The notes: generated from the sequence alone by a model not told the origin. Positions 19,484 through 30,941 are shown, numbered from the stretch's first letter. The stretch is DNA of 64,000 nucleotides from a bacterium (GCA_963663405.2 CAXXSM010000092.1:105404-169403), one strand, 5' to 3'. Made by a program: numbers and translations.

Positions 19484-20500
19484 TTACTTGATTAAAACAG
19501 TTTTTCCTTTTTTCGCGGACTCATAGGCGCCCAAGACAACTTTCATGGAAGCGATGCCCGCGTCGAGTCCCATTGCAGGTTGTTCGCCCTTGCGAACAGC
19601 TTTCACAAATTCATCGATCTCAATTGTCCAGCCGCCCTCCGTCGGTTTATTCTCTAGAATTTTGGTCCGGCTGATTCGCTTACCGGAAGGCGTTGTTGTC
19701 CCTTTGATCGTATAGGCGGTCGTGTTGTAATCGACGACTAACGCGCCTTCACTTCCATAAATCTCCACACCAGAGAATCCCTGCTTGGTCGTCCATCCCA
19801 CTTCGGCGTATCCTAACCGCTTCTCATTAAACGCGAATTGCAGGATCGCATTATCTTCCAAAGGGATATCTTTGGCGAGAGTGCCGGTCATTGCATTGAC
19901 CTTCGTGATCGCGCCAAAGAAAAACGCGGCGAGATCGATAGCGTGAATGCCCATATCGAACATAGCCCCACCGAAAGCCGTATCCGGTTTATAAAACCAA
20001 TCGCTCATCGCCCAGCCGGGAATCGGACCTTGATGCGCAAATCGGACGCGAATCATGAACGGCTCTCCAATGATTCCTTTATCCAATTCCCGCTTGGCTT
20101 TCATATTGCCTTTCAGCAGCCGGTTGCTGAACGCCACCATAAAGATCGTCCCCGCTTTATCCGCCGCCTTTTTAATCGCGGTCACTTCTTTCATACTCAC
20201 GCAAATCGGTTTTTCACAAAGCACATGACAGCCCAGTTTCAAAGCCGCAATGGCCTGTTCAGCATGAAAACGATTGGGCGAACAGACGGTGACAAGATCA
20301 GGCTTTTCTTTGTCCAGCATCTCCATCGGATCCTGATATCCTTTGTCGATACCGAATTTCTCACAAGCGGATTTTAAGTTCTCTGGAGAAGGATCGGCGA
20401 TGGCGGAAAGCTCACACCATCTATTTTTCTGATAACCAGGAATATGACAATGATGGGCGATCGCCCCGCATCCAATCACAACAGCTCGCATTTTTTTCAT
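19484..20500 (-). CDS. Gfo/Idh/MocA family oxidoreductase
   Basis: VIGCGAIA, HVLCEKP, GGAMFDMGIH. Confidence 0.93.
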   Translation of the reverse strand: MKKMRAVVIGCGAIAHHCHIPGYQKNRWCELSAIADPSPENLKSACEKFGIDKGYQDPMEMLDKEKPDLVTVCSPNRFHAEQAIAALKLGCHVLCEKPICVSMKEVTAIKKAADKAGTIFMVAFSNRLLKGNMKAKRELDKGIIGEPFMIRVRFAHQGPIPGWAMSDWFYKPDTAFGGAMFDMGIHAIDLAAFFFGAITKVNAMTGTLAKDIPLEDNAILQFAFNEKRLGYAEVGWTTKQGFSGVEIYGSEGALVVDYNTTAYTIKGTTTPSGKRISRTKILENKPTEGGWTIEIDEFVKAVRKGEQPAMGLDAGIASMKVVLGAYESAKKGKTVLIK

Positions 20501-20679
20501 GACCAGTCTCCTCTAATGAATGTCTCTTGATTTAGGTTTCCTTAACTGTGCCAGAGGAGAAACACGCTTGTCAAGTAAAAAAACAATTTTCTATGAAATA
20601 TCTATTGTTTTTTTTTGAGAAATCGATTGCATTGCCGAGGAAGACACATGTTTGCGTAGGATGGTGAGGATTGAATAAT

Positions 20680-21972
20680 TTAGGATTTCGTTTGATTTTT
20701 TTGCGCTTGTTTCCGGCGTTTGCGGGTGGCGAATTCGGGCGCTTCTTTGATACATTGGCCAAGAATTTTAATTCCCTTCCAAAGCAGTTTTCCCGTGGCG
20801 CGGATAAATTTCGCCGGTCCTTCACCGACATCGGCCCAGCCTTTTTCATCCGGCTGTACCTTCTCCCAATTATGAAACAAGCGTCCCCATTCGCTGCGCA
20901 ACGCCTCATGCACACGTTTGCTTCCATTTTTTGGATACCAGTACATATCGTGATAAAGAACGCTGGCGATATAGGCCCACGGCGCCATCCATGTCTTTAA
21001 CGACCATTCAATCCACGTTTTCAATTTTCCCCAATAAATCTGATGCTGCATCCGGGATGCGAACGTCATTTCCTTAAACGGCCCTTGGAACGCCCAATTC
21101 TCCGCCGCGGCGTCTTCATCGCCAACGATTTCGATCTCTTTTAGATCGCCGCAGCCGAGTCCTTTTTCATGCGCGATCCGCACAAATTTTAGATCGCTTA
21201 GTGGATCGAAGCCCATCAATTTCGCGGCCACCGCGTCGATCGCGACCTGATCCTCTGAAGCCAGCAATACATTTTTTACATGGGGGATCATACACCGGGG
21301 CCCCGGCCCGTCTCCAGCGAATGTCCCATCCATCACGGCGAAAACGCTTCGGTGAATCTTCTTTTGAATCATTAATAAATCCACTAACGTCTCATGAATG
21401 ACGGGATGCGTCCAATGCCGGTGCTCGTTCAGCAACCCTCCAAACGCGTTTTTCATCGCGCCGGTCGTAGTGGTGAACACATGCGTTTTCACTGTCGGCA
21501 GATGAATGATATTCTCTCCAATAAAACGCTTTGGGATCGAGAATCCTTTTGGATAGACTTCGTTCAGGCAGATAAACTCATCGGCCAGATCGCCCACCGC
21601 GTCCCGTACATTGATCCACTCTTCTCCTTCGTACAGATGCACGTTTCGAAGCCCATGCGCTTCGACCACGTTGATCTGTTTGTTCTCCCGCTCACCGAGA
21701 TGCGAATCGATGACCACCGTCCGGTTATGGCAGCCATGAATCAAATTCGGATCGTATCCATCCTTCTTCATCGTCCGGATCACACCCTCCAACTGCCAGG
21801 GTGTAGTCGAGCAGGCGGGGAAAAAGAAATGCCAGCTGATATTGATCTTCAACGCCGTATCGGCGTCCTTCGCAACCACGTTCTGATATCCGGCTAAGTT
21901 CATCAACCGGTGATAATCTTCTAATACTGTTCGAGGAGTTGTCCGAACCACGGCAACTTTTGATTGAGACAC
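20680..21972 (-). CDS. DUF362 family (putative Fe-S binding) protein
   Basis: LKINISW, LPTVKTH, TGAMKNAFGG, GDGPGP, DQVAIDA. Confidence 0.85.
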   Translation of the reverse strand: MSQSKVAVVRTTPRTVLEDYHRLMNLAGYQNVVAKDADTALKINISWHFFFPACSTTPWQLEGVIRTMKKDGYDPNLIHGCHNRTVVIDSHLGERENKQINVVEAHGLRNVHLYEGEEWINVRDAVGDLADEFICLNEVYPKGFSIPKRFIGENIIHLPTVKTHVFTTTTGAMKNAFGGLLNEHRHWTHPVIHETLVDLLMIQKKIHRSVFAVMDGTFAGDGPGPRCMIPHVKNVLLASEDQVAIDAVAAKLMGFDPLSDLKFVRIAHEKGLGCGDLKEIEIVGDEDAAAENWAFQGPFKEMTFASRMQHQIYWGKLKTWIEWSLKTWMAPWAYIASVLYHDMYWYPKNGSKRVHEALRSEWGRLFHNWEKVQPDEKGWADVGEGPAKFIRATGKLLWKGIKILGQCIKEAPEFATRKRRKQAQKNQTKS

Positions 21973-22155
21973 GATAAAACTCCTTTTCTATAATTCGTTC
22001 CAACTAAAAAGGTAAGCCAAGAGAGTCACGCCGAAACCATTCTTATTATAATTATTGTACATAGACGGTGTTTTCCATCAACTTTTCCACACCAACATCG
22101 TTTTCTTAGTTACGACAACGATCTCCGAGATTAGTGAGTAACCGCTCATGGAATA

Positions 22156-22250
22156 TTTATATGAAAAAGAGTTTCTAAGGCTTACTCGTTCGAGATTTCT
22201 ATCGCAACTCATTTTCATTTGTTCGTTGTGTTCTCAAATCATGATAGTTT
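22156..22250 (-). repeat. Repeat family A, copy 3
   Basis: TTTATATGAAAAAGAGTTTCTAAGGCTTACTCGTTCGAGATTTCTATCGCAACTCATTTTCATTTG...CTCAAATCATGATAGTTT. Confidence 0.85.
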
Positions 22251-22257
22251 ATACACC

Positions 22258-22294
22258 GAAAAAAAGTCCCAGCAAAAACTGCCGGGACTTTTTC
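22258..22294 (-). terminator. Intrinsic terminator
   Basis: AAAAAGTCCCAGCA-loop-TGCCGGGACTTTTT hairpin about 22 bp after the stop at 22317. Confidence 0.75.
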
Positions 22295-22316
22295 GATTGT
22301 TCTAAATCACTAATGA

Positions 22317-25109
22317 TCAGTAGTTTTCCCACAGAGACGCTTTCGAATCAGTAAGAGTATTCGCATCGGTGACAACGTGCAGGAAGAAATCCTGTTCGAC
22401 CGTGTATTCTTCATTAATAATGGCGAGCAGGCGGACAAAGGCGCCGGCCGCGTTGTCAGGAACTTCCCAGTATAAAGTACCATCTTCCAGAATCGTCATT
22501 CCCTCCGGACCGTCGAGTAATTCGAAGGTCACGGTTTCTGGATCCGCCAACACGCTGGGTTGATAGGAGAACAACGAATTTTCATGAACCGTCGAAGCGG
22601 GATACGTAATGAAAACGTGCGGATGCTCGTCAAGCCCCGATACAACATGGGGACTTGCGACGTTAACGGTAAATTCCTGAACGGCCTCTTCGATCCCCAG
22701 TCCGTTATCCTGCGCGTAATGATCGACCAGTTTGATCGTAACGGCATGGTTTCCTATCTGCGCCTCGGTTGGTGTCCAAAGAAGGGTTCCCGATTCGTGA
22801 ATCGTCATCCCTTCCGGCCCTTGGACAATTTGCCATTCATACGATACATCGGTTAAACTGTCCTGAACCAGATGATGGAAATCGGCGTCGAAAAAGACAG
22901 GATGATAGAAATAGGGTTGGTTGGCGACCGCGTTTGTTTGGGGTTTGGATACGATGTACGGATGGTTGTTCCCCTGCGCGTTATGGGGTACGGCGCGCAC
23001 AATCGTAACCGGTTCCGAAGAATAATTGTCTTGATTCACAGCGATTACCGAGAACAAGAAAGGCAATCCGTTCGGCAGCGAGGGAATCGTTACACTGTTC
23101 ATTTCCGGTGGAAGCGCGATCAGATGCGTCAACTCCCAATGATCGCCTTCCAAACCATATAGAATATTGTACTGAACCACGGTGGGATCATCGAGTGTTT
23201 TCCATGACAATTTGACGCTTTGATCCCCTTCGTACACGGCAATATCCGTTATATTTTCGGGGGAATTCGGATTTGAGATATGGACAGGAATAGGGGAATA
23301 CGCGTACTGAGGAGCGTTGACGCCATCGTCGATTCTCGCGTATACGAAATAATAGCCCGGCGCGAGATCCCGCTCATTCGCATCCAGAAAAATGGTATTT
23401 TCCTCACCATCTTCTTCTGCGCTGGTGATGAAAAATCCGTCTTCCCCTTCCTGATCGGTATCGAGATAGAAACGAATTTCCGCATTATTATCGGAATCTT
23501 CATCAAACCAGGTCACTTCGAACACATTCGAAGTCTTGGTTTCGGTTATCGTTTGAATCTCCACATACGGCATATCATTTTGGATCAGGGTTTCCACACT
23601 GTATTCCCCTAGTTGATCCGCATTCGAAATGGTGACAGTATACGAACCGGGATCCGGCTGATGAAGGAAGAAACTGGCGTCGTTTCCTTCCAGATTCATA
23701 ATGCTGAAACCGGCAATATTCTCATAACCAACGGGCAGCAAACCATCGGCGATATCCAAAATCGTTCCGTCCGGCAGAGTCAGAGTGGCGTCGACATTCG
23801 TCACATCGTCATTGGCGTATCCAATACGGAAGATGACGGCGGGGACGCCTTCATCGAGCGTAAATGATGTAACCGGCTCCCCAGTGGGACGAATTTGGAA
23901 TGTCCGCATCGAGTTTTTCGTCAAGGTTCGATTCAACACAGACCAGTTCGTCATAAACCGGAACGCCTGACCGCTTTTAGGATCTACATAAACTTTATTG
24001 TTGTTAAATTCCCAAGGATTCTCCGGTTGATTTTCGCTCAACGAGAATGAAATATCTCCATCCATAAACGAGAATCCAACATTGATGCTGAAATACGCGG
24101 GATTCGGCACACACACATCCGGAAGACAAACTTCCGGCCCACAGCCGACAATCGGCAGGCAGGGGGGAACGTGGGAACAACCACCCGGCGTACATAATTT
24201 TTTGGGAAGTGGAGCCACTGAAACGCTGCCGGAAAAACCATGCGTGTTAATAGTCGCTTTCACTTCACCGACGGATATGCTGCCCACGACGGGCAATGAG
24301 GGAGTCTGCAAATCACCCGTTAACGTACCTTCGAAAGTATTACGATCGATCACGAAATGGATATCCGCTGAATAGATAGAGACGAATTCAGCATGGGCGT
24401 CAACCGTAAGCCGCTTTTGGGAAGGCAGAAAAACCGCATTTAGCGTGTCCCCTGTATCCACGCCAAAGACCTTCGCCGATCCGTTTATATCAAATTGCCC
24501 GGCTTCAGCAGCGATCGATGATTTTAGATGAATGACAAATTCAGCGTCGATTTCAAGCGGACTCACTAACAATCCGGCGTCTCCAATGTCCGGGCCGGCT
24601 GTGATACCGACTCGCCCGGAAAACGTCTCATCGGAACTGAAGCCTACTAATCCAAGAATTTGATTTTTTAATTTATTCGCGGCGTTCAACATCATACACA
24701 CGATATCAATAGAATTTTTGGGCACGCAAACGTCCGTGATTAAAGCGTTCGAATACCCGATTCCAATAGAATCAAGAAACGCCCCGGTATCGGCGATCGG
24801 GATATTCAATCCGCTGACCTCCGCATCAAGTTTTAACAATTGTTCATTGCCCGCGTCATATTCGATATCCGCGTCGAAGCCGTATAGGCTATTCTCCCCT
24901 TCTTCTGGGAAATAGGGAATTTTTAGCACCGCGTGGCCCTTATAGATATCATCCGCCGCATCGTACTCGAGACTGACTCCCGATAACGCGCCGACATAGG
25001 GAAGAGAAATATCCGGTGTAATCACAATTTCTTGGGCGGGAACAGTAGATGGCAATACCAAAACACTAACCAATACAACGAAACGGATCGAAAAAAACTT
25101 CTTCATCAT
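22317..25109 (-). CDS. Large secreted modular protein (beta-rich N-terminus, Cys-rich segment, Fn3 and putative Ig repeats) ending SKASLWENY
   Basis: Signal peptide from MMKKFF (25109); VKLSW..YNILYG..FSVIAVN Fn3; two GPEGMTI..G.L.W Ig repeats. Confidence 0.85.
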   Translation of the reverse strand: MMKKFFSIRFVVLVSVLVLPSTVPAQEIVITPDISLPYVGALSGVSLEYDAADDIYKGHAVLKIPYFPEEGENSLYGFDADIEYDAGNEQLLKLDAEVSGLNIPIADTGAFLDSIGIGYSNALITDVCVPKNSIDIVCMMLNAANKLKNQILGLVGFSSDETFSGRVGITAGPDIGDAGLLVSPLEIDAEFVIHLKSSIAAEAGQFDINGSAKVFGVDTGDTLNAVFLPSQKRLTVDAHAEFVSIYSADIHFVIDRNTFEGTLTGDLQTPSLPVVGSISVGEVKATINTHGFSGSVSVAPLPKKLCTPGGCSHVPPCLPIVGCGPEVCLPDVCVPNPAYFSINVGFSFMDGDISFSLSENQPENPWEFNNNKVYVDPKSGQAFRFMTNWSVLNRTLTKNSMRTFQIRPTGEPVTSFTLDEGVPAVIFRIGYANDDVTNVDATLTLPDGTILDIADGLLPVGYENIAGFSIMNLEGNDASFFLHQPDPGSYTVTISNADQLGEYSVETLIQNDMPYVEIQTITETKTSNVFEVTWFDEDSDNNAEIRFYLDTDQEGEDGFFITSAEEDGEENTIFLDANERDLAPGYYFVYARIDDGVNAPQYAYSPIPVHISNPNSPENITDIAVYEGDQSVKLSWKTLDDPTVVQYNILYGLEGDHWELTHLIALPPEMNSVTIPSLPNGLPFLFSVIAVNQDNYSSEPVTIVRAVPHNAQGNNHPYIVSKPQTNAVANQPYFYHPVFFDADFHHLVQDSLTDVSYEWQIVQGPEGMTIHESGTLLWTPTEAQIGNHAVTIKLVDHYAQDNGLGIEEAVQEFTVNVASPHVVSGLDEHPHVFITYPASTVHENSLFSYQPSVLADPETVTFELLDGPEGMTILEDGTLYWEVPDNAAGAFVRLLAIINEEYTVEQDFFLHVVTDANTLTDSKASLWENY

Positions 25110-25396
25110 ATACCAATCTCCAATCATAGATCGAATAAATTTCATGTAATTTAACATTATAGCGATCTTTTTCAAATATATTCAAATATAGTTATTGAAA
25201 AAGAGAAAAAAATAGGTAGAAATGTGGAGGATTATCCTCAAATTATACGAGAACATGCTACAAATCAGCGTTCCGTATATATATAAACGATATGATTTAC
25301 TACTTGTCTACAACCAATTCTTCTCTAACATTTTTTTATAATATTTTTTATACATAATAAAACTGAAATAAAACAAAATGGAGCCACTAAAACAAT

Positions 25397-26023
25397 ATGA
25401 AAATCCGTAAGATGACATTCGCCTTCACGCTAATCGAATTGTTAATTGTCGTCGCCATCATTGGTATTCTAGCGGCGATCGCGGTCCCCAATTTCCTCAA
25501 TGCGCAGATTCGGGCCAAAATCGCGCGATGTAAAGCGGATATGCGTTCGTTCGCCACGGCGTTTGAATCGTATTATGTGGATTGGAACACATTCCCCGAT
25601 CCCGCGTGGGATTATGATATCATGGCCTTCCGTGGATTTCACAAATTAACGACACCGGTGGCGTATATGAGCAGCATCCCCGACAATCCGTTCGGGGAAT
25701 CGATGGAAAATTCAGGGGAAATGATGAAAGGATACGAATACGGCGCGGGCAAAGCGGGCGTTGGAGCCCGGATTCATCCGATGAACACTTACATTTTTGA
25801 ATCACATGGCCCCGGGAAAGTCGAACTCACCCACGGCTCAATCGCGACAATGTCCTATCCCGGCGGCGGTTGGCAAACCTATGACGCGGCGCGTTTACTC
25901 GGTCTCATCTATCATCCTTCTAATGGCGTGAACAGCCGGGGTGAGATCATTTCCGTTGGTGGTATAGCCCCTCCCGAACCAGGCGTGAACCGGTTCTTCC
26001 AAGTTGTAAAGGGTGGATTGTAA
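25397..26023 (+). CDS. Prepilin-type N-terminal cleavage/methylation domain protein (pseudopilin-like)
   Basis: AFTLIELLIVVAIIGILAAIAVPNF with E at +5; LTTPVAY; YHPSNG motif. Confidence 0.92.
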   Translation: MKIRKMTFAFTLIELLIVVAIIGILAAIAVPNFLNAQIRAKIARCKADMRSFATAFESYYVDWNTFPDPAWDYDIMAFRGFHKLTTPVAYMSSIPDNPFGESMENSGEMMKGYEYGAGKAGVGARIHPMNTYIFESHGPGKVELTHGSIATMSYPGGGWQTYDAARLLGLIYHPSNGVNSRGEIISVGGIAPPEPGVNRFFQVVKGGL

Positions 26024-26062
26024 AAGAATTTTTAAAATGCTATTCCCTTGAAATAAAGTCCA

Positions 26063-27872
26063 TCATTCGATACGAAAGATATCTCCCCTCGGCGTGAACG
26101 GTAACCGGCTGTAGGAAGGGATCAAAAAAGCATGTTCGCGCCGAATACTCAATCGGTCGCACCAACCATCAGTTATAATCAGCAGGGGGGCGTCTTTTGG
26201 AAAATCTTCCGCTTGTTGAAGTAGATTAATTCCCGGTTGAAGGATGGTCCCACCTCGCCCTTTGATTTTTACATGTTCACATAATTCTTCGGGCGCTATA
26301 TATCCTTGATCGTAAGTCGCAGCGTCACAAAATACCAATCGAATACGATTCACATCGCGGGAAAGACTATAACTGGCGATCGCTCCCAACGCCCGGGCAA
26401 GCAGGTTTCGATCCATGGAGCCGGATGTATCCAGTACTACGCCAAAGGTCCGGTTTTCCTCAGCGCCCCATCGCGGCACATAATGAGGCCGTGGAATATC
26501 CGGACTGCCAGACTGCCGGCGGCTTGGTTTCGCATAGGACCGGATCTTTTCCAGCGGCGTAAAATGCCCATCAAACCACTTCGCCAGTTCCACATCCCAA
26601 GGAATCGGTGGGTGCGCTAACGCGTTGATTTCCTCAATCAGCCCAGCCGGTAAGAAGCCTCTTTCTTGCTCGGAATGATACTCCAATCCCTGTATCAAAC
26701 AGCGCCGGTAAAAATATCCAGATCGCTTCCGGCGCCATGCGCCCACCAATCCGGCACTTGTGGATCTAACATATCCCCCTTGCCAATCCCCCGTAATGTA
26801 GCGAGTTTACGAATCCGCCGCAGATCGGCGGCAATGATATCATAGACCGATTCCGCGGATTCACCCTTTAATTTCGGATCATAGAGAGCGCCGAAAGCGG
26901 GCATGTCGCCACACTGCATTTCCATCAGCCAACCATTGATGACATAATCACAAGCGGCGTTCCAAAGAAAGGGATCCCGTCCCTGCCGCCTGGAATCATG
27001 GCGCAAACCCACGTGAAGCAATTCATGAGCGATTACAAATTTACTTTCTTCTTCGGTTAAGCTCATCGCGGGATTCAGATAAATCTCCTGCAGTTCCGCG
27101 TGAACGGCCGCCACCGAAATATCCATCCGGTGACATATGGATTGATCCTCAATGATTTTAAAACGGATGGCTAACGAACCCAGCAAAGGATACGAATTGA
27201 TGAACCAGCTTCGCGCCCGTTGCGCGCTAGTATTTTCATACTGTTCCGAATCGATCGTTTTCTGTTTCCCCGCCGCCACATTAACCGCGCTGGTTACAGC
27301 GTTGCGCAAGCCGATTCCCAACAGTTTTTTCCAATCGGGCTCATTGCCAAAGAAATAATATCGCCTCCTCTCAAATATCATATCCGATTGACCTGGATTC
27401 CCCGTCCCAAAACTCATGAATCGTTTGGGCAAACCATTCGCTAGAAATTCTTCATAGAGTTGCTGTTCCGAATTGATAGGCAGGTCCATTAAAATATAGG
27501 TTTCGCCAGCCGATTTTGTCCGAGTTTGAAATCATCTAGAAACTTCGCTATGGTTAAATCACAAGCGGTATTCCACAGATCCGGCCGAGGTTTCTGCTTA
27601 AAATGCTCGAATCCTAAATGCAGCAAACAATGCGCAAACACATAAACCCACACATCTACTTCTTCATGCCGTTTCGGATGAGCGCAGATCATGCCATCTA
27701 TTGTAACAATCGCATATCCTTGGTCTGGATACAACACATCCTTAGTACGATAAATATCAACCGAATCCATAAGTGGGGCAAACATCGGATGCTTACTGAT
27801 AATCCTCTCCGCATCCAAAAATTTTTGAGCGGCTGGATCGATTTTGTTTTTCGGCTTGTTTTTCCGCGCCAC
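26063..27872 (-). CDS. vWA-like domain/putative metallopeptidase (DUF2201-type), split into three ORFs by frameshifts
   Basis: AHELLH and WNAACDYVIN; C-terminal DTSGS, GRGGT and ITDG MIDAS motifs. Frame changes near 27520 and 26712. Confidence 0.85.
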
Positions 27873-28932
27873 CTATTTCCTCTCCTTCGCCAATCGGGGC
27901 AAGTCACGGATGATCCGGACTAAAAACCAATCCGGCAATACGCGCCCATCGTCACTTTGAGTGACGACCATCTGCGCGATCTCCAAGCTGATCGTGGATA
28001 ACTCTTTCAATAGATTTTTGGCTTGATGGGCAAGCCGCTTTTGATTGTCAGAGAGTTTGGTATCGTCATCAGGTAACTCTTTGATCAGATGCGCGCGAAA
28101 ACTTTGCGCTAAAAAATATAACACATCCCGATCTCCCACTCCGTCTGGCCACCGGTCTTCACCTTTTAGAATTTTGGCCAAACCGAATTTGTTCCGAATT
28201 TGTTTCACAAACGCTTTGAATTGCCCCGCATGTGTAGGCGATACACAGCCATGCGCCAACGTGTCTATCGTTTCGTCCGAAATATCTTCTCCATGCGCTT
28301 TGAGCGTATCACTCAAGATATGCCACGAACGGGGGGAGGAAAACGGCTCTTCGTGTTTCGGTGGTTTTTGGTGCAAGTGATCCGGACGATTTTGTATATA
28401 TTCAATGATCCAGTGATGGATTTCCGCCTTCATCGCCCATTCCAGCCAGTCACGATGGGAAGCGCGAAGTTCAATGTGGAACATACGATTAATCAAGGCG
28501 GAGGACATTGGCTTTACAATCGCGCTGTCTTCCGCGCGGTTGCCCGCTCCAATGACAATAGAGCCTGATGGCATTGTGTATTCTCCAACACGCTTATCGA
28601 GAATCAAACTATAGAACGCTTTTTGCACTTCATACGAGCAAGCGTTAAGTTCATCGAGAAAAAGGCAGTAGGGTTCGTCACGCGCAATCATGCTCGGAGG
28701 GCAGAACCGGCTTTTTCCATCGACAATCTGCGGCACTCCGATCAAGTCTTCGGGCGCCAATTGACTGCCTAGCAGAGACACACACGGCAATCCCACTTCA
28801 TTCGCAAATTGAACAACCAGGGATGATTTTCCAATGCCCGGCGGTCCCCCAAATAAAAACAGGTCTTACCAAACCAATATTTAGTAATAATTCGCTTAAT
28901 TCCTTCGGAGTAATTGACGTCGAAAGTTTCAT
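27873..28932 (-). CDS. MoxR-like AAA+ ATPase, frameshift in Walker A
   Basis: Removing one base from the G5 run (28846-28850) restores IWGPPGIGKS; LFLDELN, AGNR, ALINR and SPRSW present. ATG at 28932 with SD GGAGG. Confidence 0.88.
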
Positions 28933-29215
28933 ACAACCTCCATATGACACCATTTTAGCATCCCCCCTTCTCGCTAACATCCCTAAAATCGCCAATTCTC
29001 TTAGAACCTAAAAGTCGAGAAGGAAAAGAGATCATTGATTGGGCGATGGATAATGAGAGAAAAGAGATTCTCTTGCAGGAGAAAAATTAGAAATCAGGAA
29101 AGGATTAATGATAGTAACGATGGATATTGATTAAATTATTCAAACACCATTCAGCGCGGATTCTACGGCCCCCCGCTTTCCTGACTGGCGCGCTGGCGGT
29201 GGAATGAAGTGCGCA

Positions 29216-30409
29216 TTACAACTCGTTCCTCAACACCATATCACAGATGGGGCCGCGGCTGCGATCGCCTTTCAAAACGATATGCCCATAATGAGGTTCA
29301 CCCAAGCAGGTTTTAACGATCCAGTTCAAGCCGTTGTTGAACTTGTTGAGATACCGGTTATCAATCTGCTCCACATCCCCCAGGCATACGCATTTTGTCC
29401 CATGACCCATCCGAGTTAAGAGACTTCGGACTTCTACGCGGGATAAATTCTGTGTCTCGTCTACAATCACAAACGCTCTTTCGATATTCATCCCGCGAAT
29501 GTAAGCGATAGGAAGAATTTCGAAAAACTCTGGATTGAGTTTCAACTTGGCTGGTGTGGAGTCCTCCGTGAAAATCCGGCTGCACTTGCTGTCACGGTGC
29601 TGGTGCAGTTTATAGATTAGACTCCGCATGTATCGTACGTACGGGTCGACTTTATCCTCAATATCACCGGGCAGAAAACCAAGGCTTTCCCCGATTTCGA
29701 TCGTCGGTTTGACCAGATAGATTTTGCTGTATCTTTTCTCCTGGATGACTTTCTGCATCCCCGCCGCCAGGGTGATGTAGGACTTCCCATATCCTGCTTT
29801 TGATTGAATACTCACCAAATGGATTTCGTCATTGAGCAGCAGTTCAAAGGCTAAATTCTGATACACATTCAGCGGTTTCACGTTCCAGACGGAATGTTCG
29901 TAATCGACTGGGTAGCGTTCCGCCGGCGATACATGCATAAACGGTTTGCCGTTCTCCCACGAAAACGAATTGGGGATAAACTGTTTCTGGTCCTCTTGTT
30001 GAAATCCTGTATACAGCTGCGATTCGGATTGATAGGGAATAGAATGTTCGAACGGTTCACTGCGAACGTTATGATACTTGCAGATCACCCGGAAAAGTTT
30101 ATCGTTTGTGACCAGGATCGGTTCTTCGATGTTGGATTGTTTGATATCGTTTAATATCTGCAAATCGCCGGTGACTTTGCCGTTACTGCCTTTCTCTGCC
30201 CTTAATAACGTAACGTAGTCCTTCTCCTCGATCTCATCCACGACCCGCGCGACGAGTGGAGCCAACCGCTTATCATTTTTCAATCCTTCCAATTCGAGAA
30301 TCACGGTATAGGGAAGATAGACCGCGTTTTCACTTCCATTATGCAGGATCTCAATGCAGTTTGGATTGTCCAGAAGAACATTCGTGTCAATTACATAATT
30401 TTTTCGCAT
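29216..30409 (-). CDS. PIN-PhoH family protein (PhoH2-like)
   Basis: YVIDTNVLL PIN, LVTND, AGYGKS, LGFLPGD, IRGMN, DETQN, GDVEQID. Confidence 0.93.
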   Translation of the reverse strand: MRKNYVIDTNVLLDNPNCIEILHNGSENAVYLPYTVILELEGLKNDKRLAPLVARVVDEIEEKDYVTLLRAEKGSNGKVTGDLQILNDIKQSNIEEPILVTNDKLFRVICKYHNVRSEPFEHSIPYQSESQLYTGFQQEDQKQFIPNSFSWENGKPFMHVSPAERYPVDYEHSVWNVKPLNVYQNLAFELLLNDEIHLVSIQSKAGYGKSYITLAAGMQKVIQEKRYSKIYLVKPTIEIGESLGFLPGDIEDKVDPYVRYMRSLIYKLHQHRDSKCSRIFTEDSTPAKLKLNPEFFEILPIAYIRGMNIERAFVIVDETQNLSRVEVRSLLTRMGHGTKCVCLGDVEQIDNRYLNKFNNGLNWIVKTCLGEPHYGHIVLKGDRSRGPICDMVLRNEL

Positions 30410-30822
30410 GAACGCCTCCAACAAATTGGCATAAGGGATAAGCAACCGCAGGCTGGCCGGTGTTACGTGTCAAATAGAAGCAGGAAAAGAAAGGCGCCTT
30501 CAATTGATTTCTCAATCGGTGCTTAGGGGTTATGAGAATGGAACGATTCGTGTTTTGTCTCATTGATTTTAGAACGTGATTCCTTTTTGTTGATCGATAG
30601 GTTCCTCCTTTCCAATCGTATCAAGTGATTGATTGACTCGTTCCTTGGATGCCTTTGTTGCAGCGTTCGATTGGTAACAGCTGTTTCATTCGAATCCCTC
30701 ATCCCTTATTAATAGTCATTAACTAGGTTAGTGTATATCGTTTTTTTGGATTTATGTATCGATCCATGTTGGATTAATAATAATTTAACACAATTTGATG
30801 AGATATTCAAAAAATTTTTTTT

Positions 30823-30934
30823 AACCACCATGATCGAAATTACAACCAGCAAATGAAAATGAGTTGCGGGAGAAATCCTGAACGAGAAAGTCTCGGAAAC
30901 TCATTTTCATATAAAACCATCATGATTGAGATCA
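30823..30934 (+). repeat. Repeat family A, copy 4, plus partial tandem restart
   Basis: AACCACCATGATCGAAATTACAACCAGCAAATGAAAATGAGTT...AACGAGAAAGTCTCGGAAACTCATTTTCATATAAA then AACCATCATGATTGAGATCAC. Confidence 0.85.
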
Positions 30935-30941
30935 CCACAAA

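Noticed and set aside
29150-29215. GC-rich structured stretch after PhoH, possible tRNA/ncRNA
   Set aside because: No cloverleaf, T-loop or CCA; at most a weak hairpin.
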